DNA from: an uncultured Gemmatimonadaceae bacterium
GTDB taxonomy: Bacteria > Gemmatimonadota > Gemmatimonadetes > Gemmatimonadales > Gemmatimonadaceae
Length of the DNA stretch: 64,000 nucleotides
Assembly (NCBI GenBank): GCA_963740355.1
Contig: CAVUDW010000002.1
Location: 1,344,001 to 1,408,000, forward strand
Direction: 5' to 3'
In this document: positions 27,578-37,205 of the stretch, piece after piece
Layout of the letters: the number at the start of each line of letters is the position of its first letter
Numbering within the stretch: position 1 is the first letter of the stretch
Translations under genes and position numbers: made by a program
Notes under the pieces: generated by a model
What the model saw: only the letters and a program-made list of their open reading frames with translations
What the model was told of the DNA's origin: nothing
Databases searched by the model: none

Positions 27578-30500
27578 ATGGGTGTGGAGATCGGGAAGGG
27601 TACGCGCACGCGTTTGCCAGCGGATCGCCCGCGGTCGGGCGTCGGCACATTGACGAAGGGACTCGGCGTCGCTTTCCCGCCGTCGGAATGGTGGGCAGCA
27701 TCCCTGCGCGCGCTCCCTGCATCCGTTTCAGCCGCCGAGGTCACGCTGGCGGTAGTGTTGGGACTCCTGGCGCGCTACACTCGCGCCGAGGTGGTGACGA
27801 TCGATGTCACGGGCCGAATGGCCAGGAGATGCGGTGCACGCTGGGTCGAGCGTGACACACACGGCCTGTTTCCGCTCAGCATCGACGTCAGCGACGAACC
27901 TTCGCTCAACGCCTTGGCGCGGCGGGTGGCGGATGCGATGGCCGCTGCTGCGCCGCCGCTGGCTGGCGGCGGCACAGGTGAGTTGCCGTGCGTGGTCGTT
28001 GACTGCGAGCCTCGCACCCATGAGGCGCACGAGGATGCGCAGACGGCGCTTGAGGTGGTGCAGCGGCGAGGGGAAATCCTCCTTGTGCTCGACGACGGGT
28101 TGCCGCGCGCCGAGATCGCGCTGCACTGCGACCGCGCGCTGTATGACCACGGCACCATCGAGCGCTTCGCACGGTACATCGAGCGCCTTCTCGATGCCAC
28201 GGTGAGGGACGTCGATCGCAGCCTGGCACGTTTCGACCTGCTCGATGCGGCCGAACGGCACCAGCTGATTCATGCGTGGAATGCGACCAGCGTGGTGCGC
28301 ACCGGGCCTCGCCAGATGCACCGGCTCATCGAGCGGCAGGCGGCAGCCACCCCGAACGCGATTGCCCTCGAATGGGCTGACGGCGCAATGACCTACCGCG
28401 AGCTCGAGGTGCGCAGCGAGGCGCTGGCCCGCGTGCTCGTGGCGCGCGGCGTCGGCCCTGATGCCCTGGTTGGAGTGCACCTCGATCGCAGCCCTGAACT
28501 CATCGTCTCGCTGGTTGCGATCCACAAGGCCGGTGGTGCCTTCCTGCCACTCGATACAGAGCTGCCACGCGAGCGCATTCGGCTCATGCTCGATGACGCG
28601 GCCTGCCCGGTGATCCTCACGCAGGAACAGCATGAGGCGCGGCTGCGCGAGTCTGTCGGTGGTACCACCACCGCGGTGTTGGTGGTGCAGTTGGAGGATG
28701 CGGTCGGCGCAACGCAGGGCGACCTGACTGGGCGCGAGGACGACACATCGGGGGCCGATCTCGCCTACGTGATGTACACCTCCGGCTCGACTGGTCGCGC
28801 CAAGGGCGTGATGATCGAGCACCGCGCACTCTGCAATCACGCGGAATGGTTCGCGCAGCAGCTTTCATTGGTGCCCGCCGACCGCGTGTTGCAGCACGCG
28901 TCCATCAGCTTCGATGCAGCGATGGCGGAGATCTTCGCACCGCTCTCTGTCGGCGCGACGGTCGTGTTGGCGCCACCGCGCCTCCATCGCGACCTCCACG
29001 CGCTGTCCGAGGCGCTGGGAGAGCTTCGGATCACCGTCACGCAACTTGTGCCCGCCGCGCTGCGCGTGGTGGTGGCAAGCCCCGCGTTTCGACAGGCGAC
29101 TGCGTTGCGGTATCTCGTCAGCGGCGGAGAGGCGCTCGACGCCTCACTCTATCGAGCCGTGCAGGCCGCACGTCCAGGACTTCGCGTGGGAAATTTCTAC
29201 GGTCCCACCGAGGCTACGGTCGACGCCACCTGTGCGCCGAACATGGCACCGGAGGAACACGAGCAATGGTTGTCGATCGGACGCCCGGTCGCCAATGCGC
29301 GCTGTTACGTGCTCGATTCGCACCACGAACTCGTGCCGGTAGGAATGCCGGGTGAGTTGCACATCGGTGGTCTCGGCCTCGCCCGCGGCTACCTCAACCT
29401 GCCTGAGCGAACTGCGGCTCGCTTCGTCGAAGATCCATTCCTGCCTGGAGAGCGAGTCTACAAGACGGGCGACCTGGTGCGATATCGACCCGATGGAAAT
29501 CTCGACTACATCGGACGCACCGACACCCAGGTCAAGCTGCGCGGCTATCGAATCGAGGTCGCGGAGATTGAAGTCGCATTGCTCGCGCATCCGCATGTCA
29601 CGCAGTCTGCGGTGATCGCACGTGAGGACACGCCGGGTGACCAGCGGCTGGTGGCCTACGTGGTGTCTGGTAATGGTGGCCCGGAGCTGACCGCAGCGAC
29701 GCTCCGCGAACACCTGCGCGCGATCCTGCCTGCGTATATGGTGCCTGCCGCATTCTGCGTGCTCGAGCGCCTCCCCTTGACCAACAACGCCAAGGTCGAT
29801 CGCAACGCGCTGCCGATCCCGAGCGTCACCAGTGAAGCGCCGCGTGATGCCATTCGACTGACCGATGCGCTCGAGCGCCGCTTGCAGTCCATCTGGGAGC
29901 GAGTGCTGAATGTCAGCCCGCTCGATCGGGATGCCGACTTCTTTGACCTTGGCGGCCACTCACTCACCGCACTGCGTGTCATTGCGGAGATCGAGCGGGA
30001 GTGCGGCACGACACTTCGGGTCACGACGCTGTTCGAGGCATCAACGATTCGTGCGCTGGCCGAGCGCATGCGGGAGACGACGGCGCGAGGCCTCTCCACT
30101 GTCGTGCCAGTGCAGCCGACTGGCGCACGGCCGCCGCTCTTCGTGGCCCCGGGTGGTGGTGGCGAGATGTTCGTCTTCAGCGCGTTGGCGTCCGCGCTCG
30201 GTGCGGAGCAGCCGTTGTACCTGCTCGACATGTATGTCATCGAGGAGCTCACCTCATCCAAGGTGCCGCTCACGCTGGGCGCGGTCGCCAAGCGCATGGT
30301 CGCCGACATTCGCCGCGTGCAGCCCAGCGGTCCGTACCAGCTGGCTGGCTATTCGCTGGGCGGTAAGATTGCGCTCGAGATCGCGCAGCAGTTGCGCGCC
30401 GCCGGCGACGTGGTCTCCCTGCTCGCGCTGCTGGACTGCAACGGGCCTGACTACCCCCGGATGCAGCCGCTCCTCACGCGGACGATGGCACACCTCCAGC

Positions 30501-30964
30501 ACGCGCTGACGCTCAAGGAGGGCGCGCCACGATACCTCGCCACCCGCTTCTCGCGGCTGTCACGGTTCGTGCAACCGTCGCTGGAGTCGGCGGTCAGCCT
30601 GTATGCGGATCAGCCGGACGCGGACCTCGTACCGGCGGCGGCGATCGCTGCGCTCGAAGCCGCGCTGCTACCGGTGCTCGACGCGTGGGAGCAGTACGTA
30701 CCGGACTTCTACCCCGATGGTGCACTCCTCGTACGGGCGCAGGTCAGGCCCGTGATGATCGGTGTCATCGATGATGATCCCTATCTTGGGTGGAGCCCGA
30801 TCATCGGCGGCGGCATCACGTTGAAGGAAATGGCGTGCAACCACTTCGAGCTGATCCGCCCTGAGTATTCAGGACAGCTTGCGGCCATCCTGCGCCCGCA
30901 CCTGGCTCTGGCTGGTGATCGCTCGCATGCAGCGGTGCCTTGCGCCATCATCGCCCCGCAGTGA
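27578..30964 (+). CDS. Stand-alone single-module NRPS: partial C - A - PCP - TE
   Basis: YTSGSTGRAKG, YGPTE, YKTGDL, QVKLRGYRIE, PCP DFFDLGGHSL, TE GYSLGG. Confidence 0.92.
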   Translation: MGVEIGKGTRTRLPADRPRSGVGTLTKGLGVAFPPSEWWAASLRALPASVSAAEVTLAVVLGLLARYTRAEVVTIDVTGRMARRCGARWVERDTHGLFPLSIDVSDEPSLNALARRVADAMAAAAPPLAGGGTGELPCVVVDCEPRTHEAHEDAQTALEVVQRRGEILLVLDDGLPRAEIALHCDRALYDHGTIERFARYIERLLDATVRDVDRSLARFDLLDAAERHQLIHAWNATSVVRTGPRQMHRLIERQAAATPNAIALEWADGAMTYRELEVRSEALARVLVARGVGPDALVGVHLDRSPELIVSLVAIHKAGGAFLPLDTELPRERIRLMLDDAACPVILTQEQHEARLRESVGGTTTAVLVVQLEDAVGATQGDLTGREDDTSGADLAYVMYTSGSTGRAKGVMIEHRALCNHAEWFAQQLSLVPADRVLQHASISFDAAMAEIFAPLSVGATVVLAPPRLHRDLHALSEALGELRITVTQLVPAALRVVVASPAFRQATALRYLVSGGEALDASLYRAVQAARPGLRVGNFYGPTEATVDATCAPNMAPEEHEQWLSIGRPVANARCYVLDSHHELVPVGMPGELHIGGLGLARGYLNLPERTAARFVEDPFLPGERVYKTGDLVRYRPDGNLDYIGRTDTQVKLRGYRIEVAEIEVALLAHPHVTQSAVIAREDTPGDQRLVAYVVSGNGGPELTAATLREHLRAILPAYMVPAAFCVLERLPLTNNAKVDRNALPIPSVTSEAPRDAIRLTDALERRLQSIWERVLNVSPLDRDADFFDLGGHSLTALRVIAEIERECGTTLRVTTLFEASTIRALAERMRETTARGLSTVVPVQPTGARPPLFVAPGGGGEMFVFSALASALGAEQPLYLLDMYVIEELTSSKVPLTLGAVAKRMVADIRRVQPSGPYQLAGYSLGGKIALEIAQQLRAAGDVVSLLALLDCNGPDYPRMQPLLTRTMAHLQHALTLKEGAPRYLATRFSRLSRFVQPSLESAVSLYADQPDADLVPAAAIAALEAALLPVLDAWEQYVPDFYPDGALLVRAQVRPVMIGVIDDDPYLGWSPIIGGGITLKEMACNHFELIRPEYSGQLAAILRPHLALAGDRSHAAVPCAIIAPQ

Positions 30965-31032
30965 TCCTCGCAGTCGTTCATGGTGTGCAGCAGTGCACAC
31001 GGCGCAGGTCCTGCACCGAGTCCGGAGTCCGC

Positions 31033-32061
31033 ATGTCGATCGTGTCGCGCACCCTGATGGCCGCCCTCTGCTGCAGCACGACGCTGGCAGCGCAGACACC
31101 TCGACTCACCGTGCAGCAATCCGGAACGTCGGCGCTGTTCCAGGCGGTCAGCGTCAGTGCGCGGAACCCCGACATCGTCTGGATCAGCGGACACGCCGGC
31201 ACCTGGGCGCGCTCACTCGATGGCGGCACGACCTGGCAATCTCATGTCATGCCTGGGCGCGACAGCCTGCAGTTCCGTGACCTGCACGCGATCGACGCCA
31301 ATCGCGCATGGCTGATGGCCGCGGGCAATGGCGAGAAGTCCGGCATCTTCCAGACGCGCGATGGCGGCACGAGCTGGAGCCCGGTGTTCGTCAATCGCGA
31401 TACCGCCGCCTTCTTCGACTGCATGGCCTTCTGGGACGACAGCCATGGCTTCGCCTTCAGCGATGCGGTCAATGCGCGAATCCCGATCGTGCGTACCGAC
31501 AATGGCAGTGACTGGACCCTGTCGACGCTTCCGGGGCTGGCGGGTGAAGGGGGCTTCGCGGCCAGTGGCACCTGCGCCCAGACTTCCACTGCGGGCGATG
31601 CCTGGATCGGCTCCGGCTCGGGCGAATATCCGCGGGTGCTGCACAGCCCGGATCGCGGTCGCACCTGGACGGAAGCGCGCGTGCCGCTGGTGGGTGGCAG
31701 TGGTGCCGGCGTCACGGGTGTGGCCTTTCGGGATCGCACCCACGGAATCGCGGTTGGCGGCGTGATCGCCGGAAAGGGCACCGGTCCTCGCGCGGCGCGA
31801 ACGAGTGACGGTGGCGCGACGTGGACGGTGATCCCCGATCCAGTCATCACCGGGGCGATCTACGGGGTCGCGTACGCGCCGGTAGGCGGGAAGTGGGTCG
31901 CAGTCGCGGTGGGCCCTGGCGGGGCCTCCTGGTCGGCCGACGACGGTGCTACGTGGGCCTCCCTCGACACGGCGAGCTACTGGAGCGTCGGTTTCGGGGC
32001 CAACGGCACCGGCTGGCTCGTCGGCCCGCGCGGACGTGTGGTGCGGGTCGACTGGCGCTGA
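31033..32061 (+). CDS. Exported BNR/Asp-box beta-propeller (YCF48-like)
   Basis: Repeated S/TxDGGxTW motifs; FAASGT. Confidence 0.85.
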   Translation: MSIVSRTLMAALCCSTTLAAQTPRLTVQQSGTSALFQAVSVSARNPDIVWISGHAGTWARSLDGGTTWQSHVMPGRDSLQFRDLHAIDANRAWLMAAGNGEKSGIFQTRDGGTSWSPVFVNRDTAAFFDCMAFWDDSHGFAFSDAVNARIPIVRTDNGSDWTLSTLPGLAGEGGFAASGTCAQTSTAGDAWIGSGSGEYPRVLHSPDRGRTWTEARVPLVGGSGAGVTGVAFRDRTHGIAVGGVIAGKGTGPRAARTSDGGATWTVIPDPVITGAIYGVAYAPVGGKWVAVAVGPGGASWSADDGATWASLDTASYWSVGFGANGTGWLVGPRGRVVRVDWR

Positions 32062-32103
32062 CGACCGAACATCCGCTGACTCGGCTGCGTCAGCGCGCGA
32101 CGG

Positions 32104-32265
32104 TCAGGATTCGAGGCGCTCGGCGAGCTTGTAGCCGGCGTACATGCCGATACCCGTGCCGACCGTGCCAAGCATGAAGCCTGTCATCATGCCGACCTTC
32201 GAGCCCGCCCAGCCGAGGACGGTACTGACGACGAGGCTGCCGGTGATGGAAAGGAGCTTCCGCAT
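32104..32265 (-). CDS. Small glycine-rich membrane protein (53 aa)
   Basis: MRKLLSITGSLVVSTVLGWAG...GTGIGMYAG; two short hydrophobic helices. Confidence 0.6.
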   Translation of the reverse strand: MRKLLSITGSLVVSTVLGWAGSKVGMMTGFMLGTVGTGIGMYAGYKLAERLES

Positions 32266-32456
32266 GTCTGTTTGACTGCTGGTGAAGCGGCAGGTCACGG
32301 AGGCGCCACGATCGAGACAACCCGGCGCCGACCCGGCGGCAACCACGCGGCTCGCTGCGTGGTCAGAGCGGAGGACAGGCCTGCGACGCACTCCGCCGAA
32401 ACCGGCGCGAGAGGGTGCGCGTACCGTCCTTCATCCTTAGCCCACCGGAAGCCGTC

Positions 32457-33254
32457 ATGCGTCATCAAATCGCTGCCCTCGTCATCCTTGCCGCCGCCGC
32501 CGCGCCGCTCTCCGCCCAGAGTGACGATGGCACGACCTTCCGCTGGTCCGGACCCGTGGCGTCGGGGCACTTCATCCGGCTGCACAACATGAATGGCGAC
32601 ATCCTCGTCGAGCGCGGCTCGGGCTCGCAGGTCGAAGTCGTGGCCGAGCGAAAGGTCGAGCGCGGCGACCCCAAGATCGTCAGGTTCGAGGTACGGATGC
32701 GCACCGATGGTGATGCCGTGATCTGTGCGCTCTGGGGCGCCGACATGCGGTGCACCGATGACGGCAGTCGCGGCAGCTACAACTCTGACAGCTGGCGCCG
32801 GCGTGACAACATCAGCGTCACCATGCGGGTGCGTGTGCCGGACGGCGTCAAGGCGTATGCGCGCAGCACGAATGGCAGCGTGGATGTCTCGGGATTGTCG
32901 TCCGAAGTCGACGCCGCCACCACCAACGGCGACGTGAAGGTGCGCACGTCGGGCGGCGTGGTGAATGCGAACACCACCAATGGCAGCGTGACGGCCTCGC
33001 TGGGAAGTCTGTCGGGCTCCGAGCCGATGCGTTTCACCACCACCAATGGCAGCGTGACGGTGTTTGCGCCGCCATCACTCAACGCCGACATCGAGATGTC
33101 TACCACCAATGGTGGCCTGAGCACCGACTTCCCGCTCACGGTCAGCGGCCGCTTCATGCGCAACTCGGTGCGTGGTACACTTGGGTCGGGCGGGCGACAG
33201 ATCGTCGTGCGTTCCACCAACGGCAACATCGCGCTGAAGCGAAACGGAATCTGA
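32457..33254 (+). CDS. DUF4097 beta-strand repeat protein
   Basis: Signal peptide; repeated (S/T)TNG(S/D)V. Confidence 0.85.
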   Translation: MRHQIAALVILAAAAAPLSAQSDDGTTFRWSGPVASGHFIRLHNMNGDILVERGSGSQVEVVAERKVERGDPKIVRFEVRMRTDGDAVICALWGADMRCTDDGSRGSYNSDSWRRRDNISVTMRVRVPDGVKAYARSTNGSVDVSGLSSEVDAATTNGDVKVRTSGGVVNANTTNGSVTASLGSLSGSEPMRFTTTNGSVTVFAPPSLNADIEMSTTNGGLSTDFPLTVSGRFMRNSVRGTLGSGGRQIVVRSTNGNIALKRNGI

Positions 33255-33884
33255 TTGGTTTCTGGCAAACGAGCGGGCATTCCATCTTCCGGGCGCATCA
33301 CCGGTGCGCCCGTGCGACCGCTGCTCCCGGACGATCCAGCGGCCCCGATCCGCGCCGTGCTGGTTGGCGAAGCGCCAGGCCCACGCGGCGCGGATCAATC
33401 AGGGATTCCATTTTTCGGTGATCGCGCCGGCAAGCCGCTCTACGCGGCGCTGGCGGCGGCCGGCGTCCTCACCTGGGTCGGCGATCCGACGCGGGTGCCA
33501 TGGGACGGTGTGGCATTGATCGGCGCTGGCGTGCGGCCCGTCGTGACCGGGGTGTTGCTCACCAATGCATACGACCGATGCCCCACCGACGACGGCAAGA
33601 AGTTCCGTGCGCCGTCGAAGAGTGAACGCGAGAGCGTCGCAAACCTCGAGCGCCTGCGCGGGGACATCGCGCTGGCCGCCAGTCGCGGTGCCGATCGAAT
33701 CTGCTGCCTGGGGAAGGTTGCGGCGAGCGTGGTCCAACTCAGTGGCACGACGCTCGCCGTGCACGCCCTGCCACATCCGAGTGCGCAGGGCCTGCTCACC
33801 TCGGCGCCGAATCGCGGCAAGGGCGCACGCATGGCCGATCTCGAAGCAGCGTGGATCGAGACCCTTGCCGCGTTGCTGCGCTAG
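33255..33884 (+). CDS. Uracil-DNA glycosylase superfamily protein
   Basis: LVGEAPG, GIPF.G..G, CLGKVA, LPHPS. Confidence 0.8.
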   Translation: MVSGKRAGIPSSGRITGAPVRPLLPDDPAAPIRAVLVGEAPGPRGADQSGIPFFGDRAGKPLYAALAAAGVLTWVGDPTRVPWDGVALIGAGVRPVVTGVLLTNAYDRCPTDDGKKFRAPSKSERESVANLERLRGDIALAASRGADRICCLGKVAASVVQLSGTTLAVHALPHPSAQGLLTSAPNRGKGARMADLEAAWIETLAALLR

Positions 33885-35225
33885 TCAGCGATTGCCGCCG
33901 AGATTGAAGAAGTCCAGCCGCGGATTCACCACGTTGTTGTAGATCGAGCCAAAGCTGTACGACAAGCCGGTGAAGACGAACACGCTGTAGTTGCTGGCCA
34001 GGGCCCGCTGCTGCGTGAGGATCTGCTCCGGCGTCTGCCCTTCGGCTGCGAGGAAGATCTGGTCGCGGATCAGTGACGCGCCACCGCCGACGTTGAACGA
34101 GAGCCCCTTCACCAGGTTCAGGTTCGTCTGGCCGTTGATGCTCAGGTTCCACTTCTTCACGTCGGGGATGAAGCTGGCGTACCGCGAGCTGATGTTGACA
34201 CTCCCCCAGCTCTTGCGGATGTCCGAGCCGACGACCAACTCCTGCTGCGCACGCCATTCGTGCTCACGCCCGAAGATGGTCGGCTCCTTCCAGCGATAGT
34301 AGCGCGGCCCGACCCCGTAGGAGATTGCGACCTGTTCGCTGGTCGCCCGTTTCCAGGGAAAGAAGTTGTACTCGATCACGGGCGCTGCACGCCAGAACAG
34401 CTGCGTATTGTTGAATTCACTGAAGCCGAGGTTCGTCATCAACCCGGCCGACAGTCGTGGCCCCAGCGCCTTGACGCCGCGAATGAAGAACACGCCGTTC
34501 CGGATCGTGTTGGTGACGGTCGTCGAGTCGTCGAGCTCGAACTTGTTGTAGCGCGCACTCTGGTTGAAACCGAATCGCAGGGCACTCGTCTCGGTGACGC
34601 GCCGGATACGGATGTCGGTATACACCTCCGCGAAGGTCTGTCGCGCCTCGGTGTTCATGTATCCATTCGCTTCGAGTTGCAGCACGAAGTTGTTCCACTT
34701 GTCCCGCACGGCACTCTGCGACATCGGCGGTGTGCCGGCAGGGGACTCGTAGATCACGCGCAATCGTGGTGCCATGGCCGTGGTGCGCAGGTACGGGACG
34801 AGCAGCAACGAGAAGTTCGAGGAGAGTTTGCGCCGGATCCCATCCTCGGCTTCGTTGGGAAGGGTGTTCACGATGCTGGTGTCCGCGCGCCCATCGAACC
34901 GGCCGCGGCCCAGCGCAGTGACCGTGTACTGAAAGGCGCCGCTGCCGGTCTGGATCGTGGTCACGAGAAACTGCACGTCGGCAAAGAGTCGATCGCGTGT
35001 CCACGAGACATACGGCAGTTCCGTCACGAAGAAGTCTGCCGAACAGCCTTGATTGGTGTCGCCTCGGCATTCCAGGTAGGCCTTGATCGTCTCGCCGCCT
35101 GCGGCTGGCGCGACGCCGGAAGCCGGCGATGGCACCGCTGGCTGCGCGGCTGCAGGACGTGCGAAACAGACCGACAGAACGAGAGCAAGAACGGCGAGTG
35201 CGGTCGGCCGAGAGCAGGGAAGCAC
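33885..35225 (-). CDS. Exported hypothetical protein, probable OM beta-barrel
   Basis: Signal peptide; amphipathic strands; ends GLSYSFGSIYNNVVNPRL. Confidence 0.65.
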   Translation of the reverse strand: MLPCSRPTALAVLALVLSVCFARPAAAQPAVPSPASGVAPAAGGETIKAYLECRGDTNQGCSADFFVTELPYVSWTRDRLFADVQFLVTTIQTGSGAFQYTVTALGRGRFDGRADTSIVNTLPNEAEDGIRRKLSSNFSLLLVPYLRTTAMAPRLRVIYESPAGTPPMSQSAVRDKWNNFVLQLEANGYMNTEARQTFAEVYTDIRIRRVTETSALRFGFNQSARYNKFELDDSTTVTNTIRNGVFFIRGVKALGPRLSAGLMTNLGFSEFNNTQLFWRAAPVIEYNFFPWKRATSEQVAISYGVGPRYYRWKEPTIFGREHEWRAQQELVVGSDIRKSWGSVNISSRYASFIPDVKKWNLSINGQTNLNLVKGLSFNVGGGASLIRDQIFLAAEGQTPEQILTQQRALASNYSVFVFTGLSYSFGSIYNNVVNPRLDFFNLGGNR

Positions 35226-35387
35226 GGGGGAGCCGGTGCGAGTGAAACAGCGGGAGCAGCCGCGTTCGAGGCCGCACGAAGTGACGAGGCGCGCGCGCTC
35301 GTCGACCCGACGACCACGCTACAAGCTGGTTGCGCGCAACCTTAGTTTCCGCTCGCAGAGCAATCGTTGCCTCTTACCCACGGTCCC

Positions 35388-36386
35388 GTGTCGCGTCATC
35401 GTCTGATTGTTACTGGTGGAGCCGGATTCATAGGCAGCGCCACCATCTGGCAGCTGAACAAGCTTGGGTACGACGACATCATTTGCGTCGACGCCCTGCG
35501 CACGGGCGACAAGTGGAAGAACCTGGTTGGCCTTCGCATTACAGACGCCCTCCACAAGGACGATTTCCTCGCCACGTTGCGGCGGAATTCTGGGGCGTTC
35601 CAGGCCGACACGGTGATCCATTTCGGCGCCTGCTCAGCCACCACCGAACGGGATGCTGACTACCTGCTGGCGAACAACACGCATTACACCAGTGAACTCT
35701 GTGAATGGTCGCTGGAGCGGCACGCGCGCTTCATCTACGCCAGCAGCGCTGCCACCTACGGTGCGGCGGCGGGTGGATTCGACGACGATCCGGCGCGCCT
35801 GGAGTCGCTGGTCCCGCTCAACATGTACGGCTTCTCGAAGCACCTCTTCGACTTGCAAGCGGCGCGCTCAGGGCTGCTGAACCAGATCGTGGGGCTGAAG
35901 TTCTTCAACGTCTTCGGGCCCAACGAATACCATAAGGGCGACATGATGAGTGTCGTCTGCAAGGCGCACCGGCAGATCGCGACCACGGGCGAGCTGGAGC
36001 TGTTCCAGTCACATCGGCCCGAGTTCGCGGACGGCGAGCAGAAGCGCGACTTCGTGTATGTGAAGGACGCGACGGCGGTGATCGCGTGGCTGGTGGCGGC
36101 GCCGCAGGTGCACGGCCTCTTCAACCTCGGCACTGGACAGGCGCGCAGCTGGAATGCGCTCGCGAATGCGGTGTTCAAGGCGATGAAGGTCACGCCGAAG
36201 ATCCGCTATGTGCCGATGCCGGAGTCGATCCGCGACCGGTACCAGTACTTCACCCAGGCCTCCATGGCGCAGCTCTCAGCGGCCGGATGCCCCGTGAAGT
36301 TCACCTCGCTCGAGGACGCGGTGCAGGACTACGTCACGAACTACCTCGCCCGGGATGAATCGACGCTGGGCGTGGTCGGGGGCTGA
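35388..36386 (+). CDS. hldD: ADP-L-glycero-D-manno-heptose 6-epimerase
   Basis: IVTGGAGFIGS, GACSATTE, YASSAATYG, PLNMYGFSK, YQYFTQA. Confidence 0.93.
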   Translation: MSRHRLIVTGGAGFIGSATIWQLNKLGYDDIICVDALRTGDKWKNLVGLRITDALHKDDFLATLRRNSGAFQADTVIHFGACSATTERDADYLLANNTHYTSELCEWSLERHARFIYASSAATYGAAAGGFDDDPARLESLVPLNMYGFSKHLFDLQAARSGLLNQIVGLKFFNVFGPNEYHKGDMMSVVCKAHRQIATTGELELFQSHRPEFADGEQKRDFVYVKDATAVIAWLVAAPQVHGLFNLGTGQARSWNALANAVFKAMKVTPKIRYVPMPESIRDRYQYFTQASMAQLSAAGCPVKFTSLEDAVQDYVTNYLARDESTLGVVGG

Positions 36387-36397
36387 CTCACAGCCCC

Positions 36398-36880
36398 TCA
36401 GTCATCGAGAGGCTGCAGGAGCCCGAGCGGCGGAAAGAGCTGGTCGCTGACATCGGCACCGGACGAGGCCACCGCCTCACGCAGGGTCGCAAGTTCCTCT
36501 TCCGCGTAATCGCTGGCGGTGATCGCGAAGCAATCGCGGAAGAGTGTGTCGGGTAATCCGGCCCGCACCGGCTGTGCGCCGCCTGCCTGATCCCAATAGA
36601 TGTCGAAGTCGAACGTCCAGGGGCCGATCGTCAATCGCAGGAGCACCCGATCGGAGTCGCAGTCCTGGAACAGCTGACCCCGGTGGAGCATCTGCTGGAC
36701 CCACAGCGCGGCCAACCGCCCATGGTCGCCTTCGGTCCGAAACAGCGCATCGGACGCTTCGCGCAGGTGCCAACCGTAACGCCGACCAAAGGTCAGGCGA
36801 ACGTCCGTGCTCTCGTCATTCAGTTCGTCGAGTGGCCACATCGGAGATTCTTGGGTTGGGAGGCAGGGACGATTCTCCAC
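36398..36880 (-). CDS. Hypothetical acidic protein (start 36880 or 36841)
   Basis: Fills the gap with non-shadow amino-acid composition; no recognised motif. Confidence 0.5.
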   Translation of the reverse strand: MENRPCLPTQESPMWPLDELNDESTDVRLTFGRRYGWHLREASDALFRTEGDHGRLAALWVQQMLHRGQLFQDCDSDRVLLRLTIGPWTFDFDIYWDQAGGAQPVRAGLPDTLFRDCFAITASDYAEEELATLREAVASSGADVSDQLFPPLGLLQPLDD

Positions 36881-37205
36881 CCTGTACCGCCAACGTGCAA
36901 TGGGTGGGGTTACTTCCGGTCGAAATATGCCAGAGATCGGTGCTCGATCCGGTAGTCTGGTCTGCTTTGTAACGCGTTGAAAATCAACGCTTTATGGCAA
37001 TTTCATCGTCTCCCATCGGCCGGTCGGCCGAGCGCAAGATTGACACATGGACGGGATTGCTAACCGCACCCGTGTGTCGTCCCGCGGCGATGAGACTGCT
37101 CCAGCGTCGATTTCGCGTTCCATCAACGCGCTGGCCACGCGCAAAACCTGCAACGCACGCCGTCGCCCTTGCGCTGGTGTCGGAGGCGGCGCACCGTCCC
37201 CCGCC

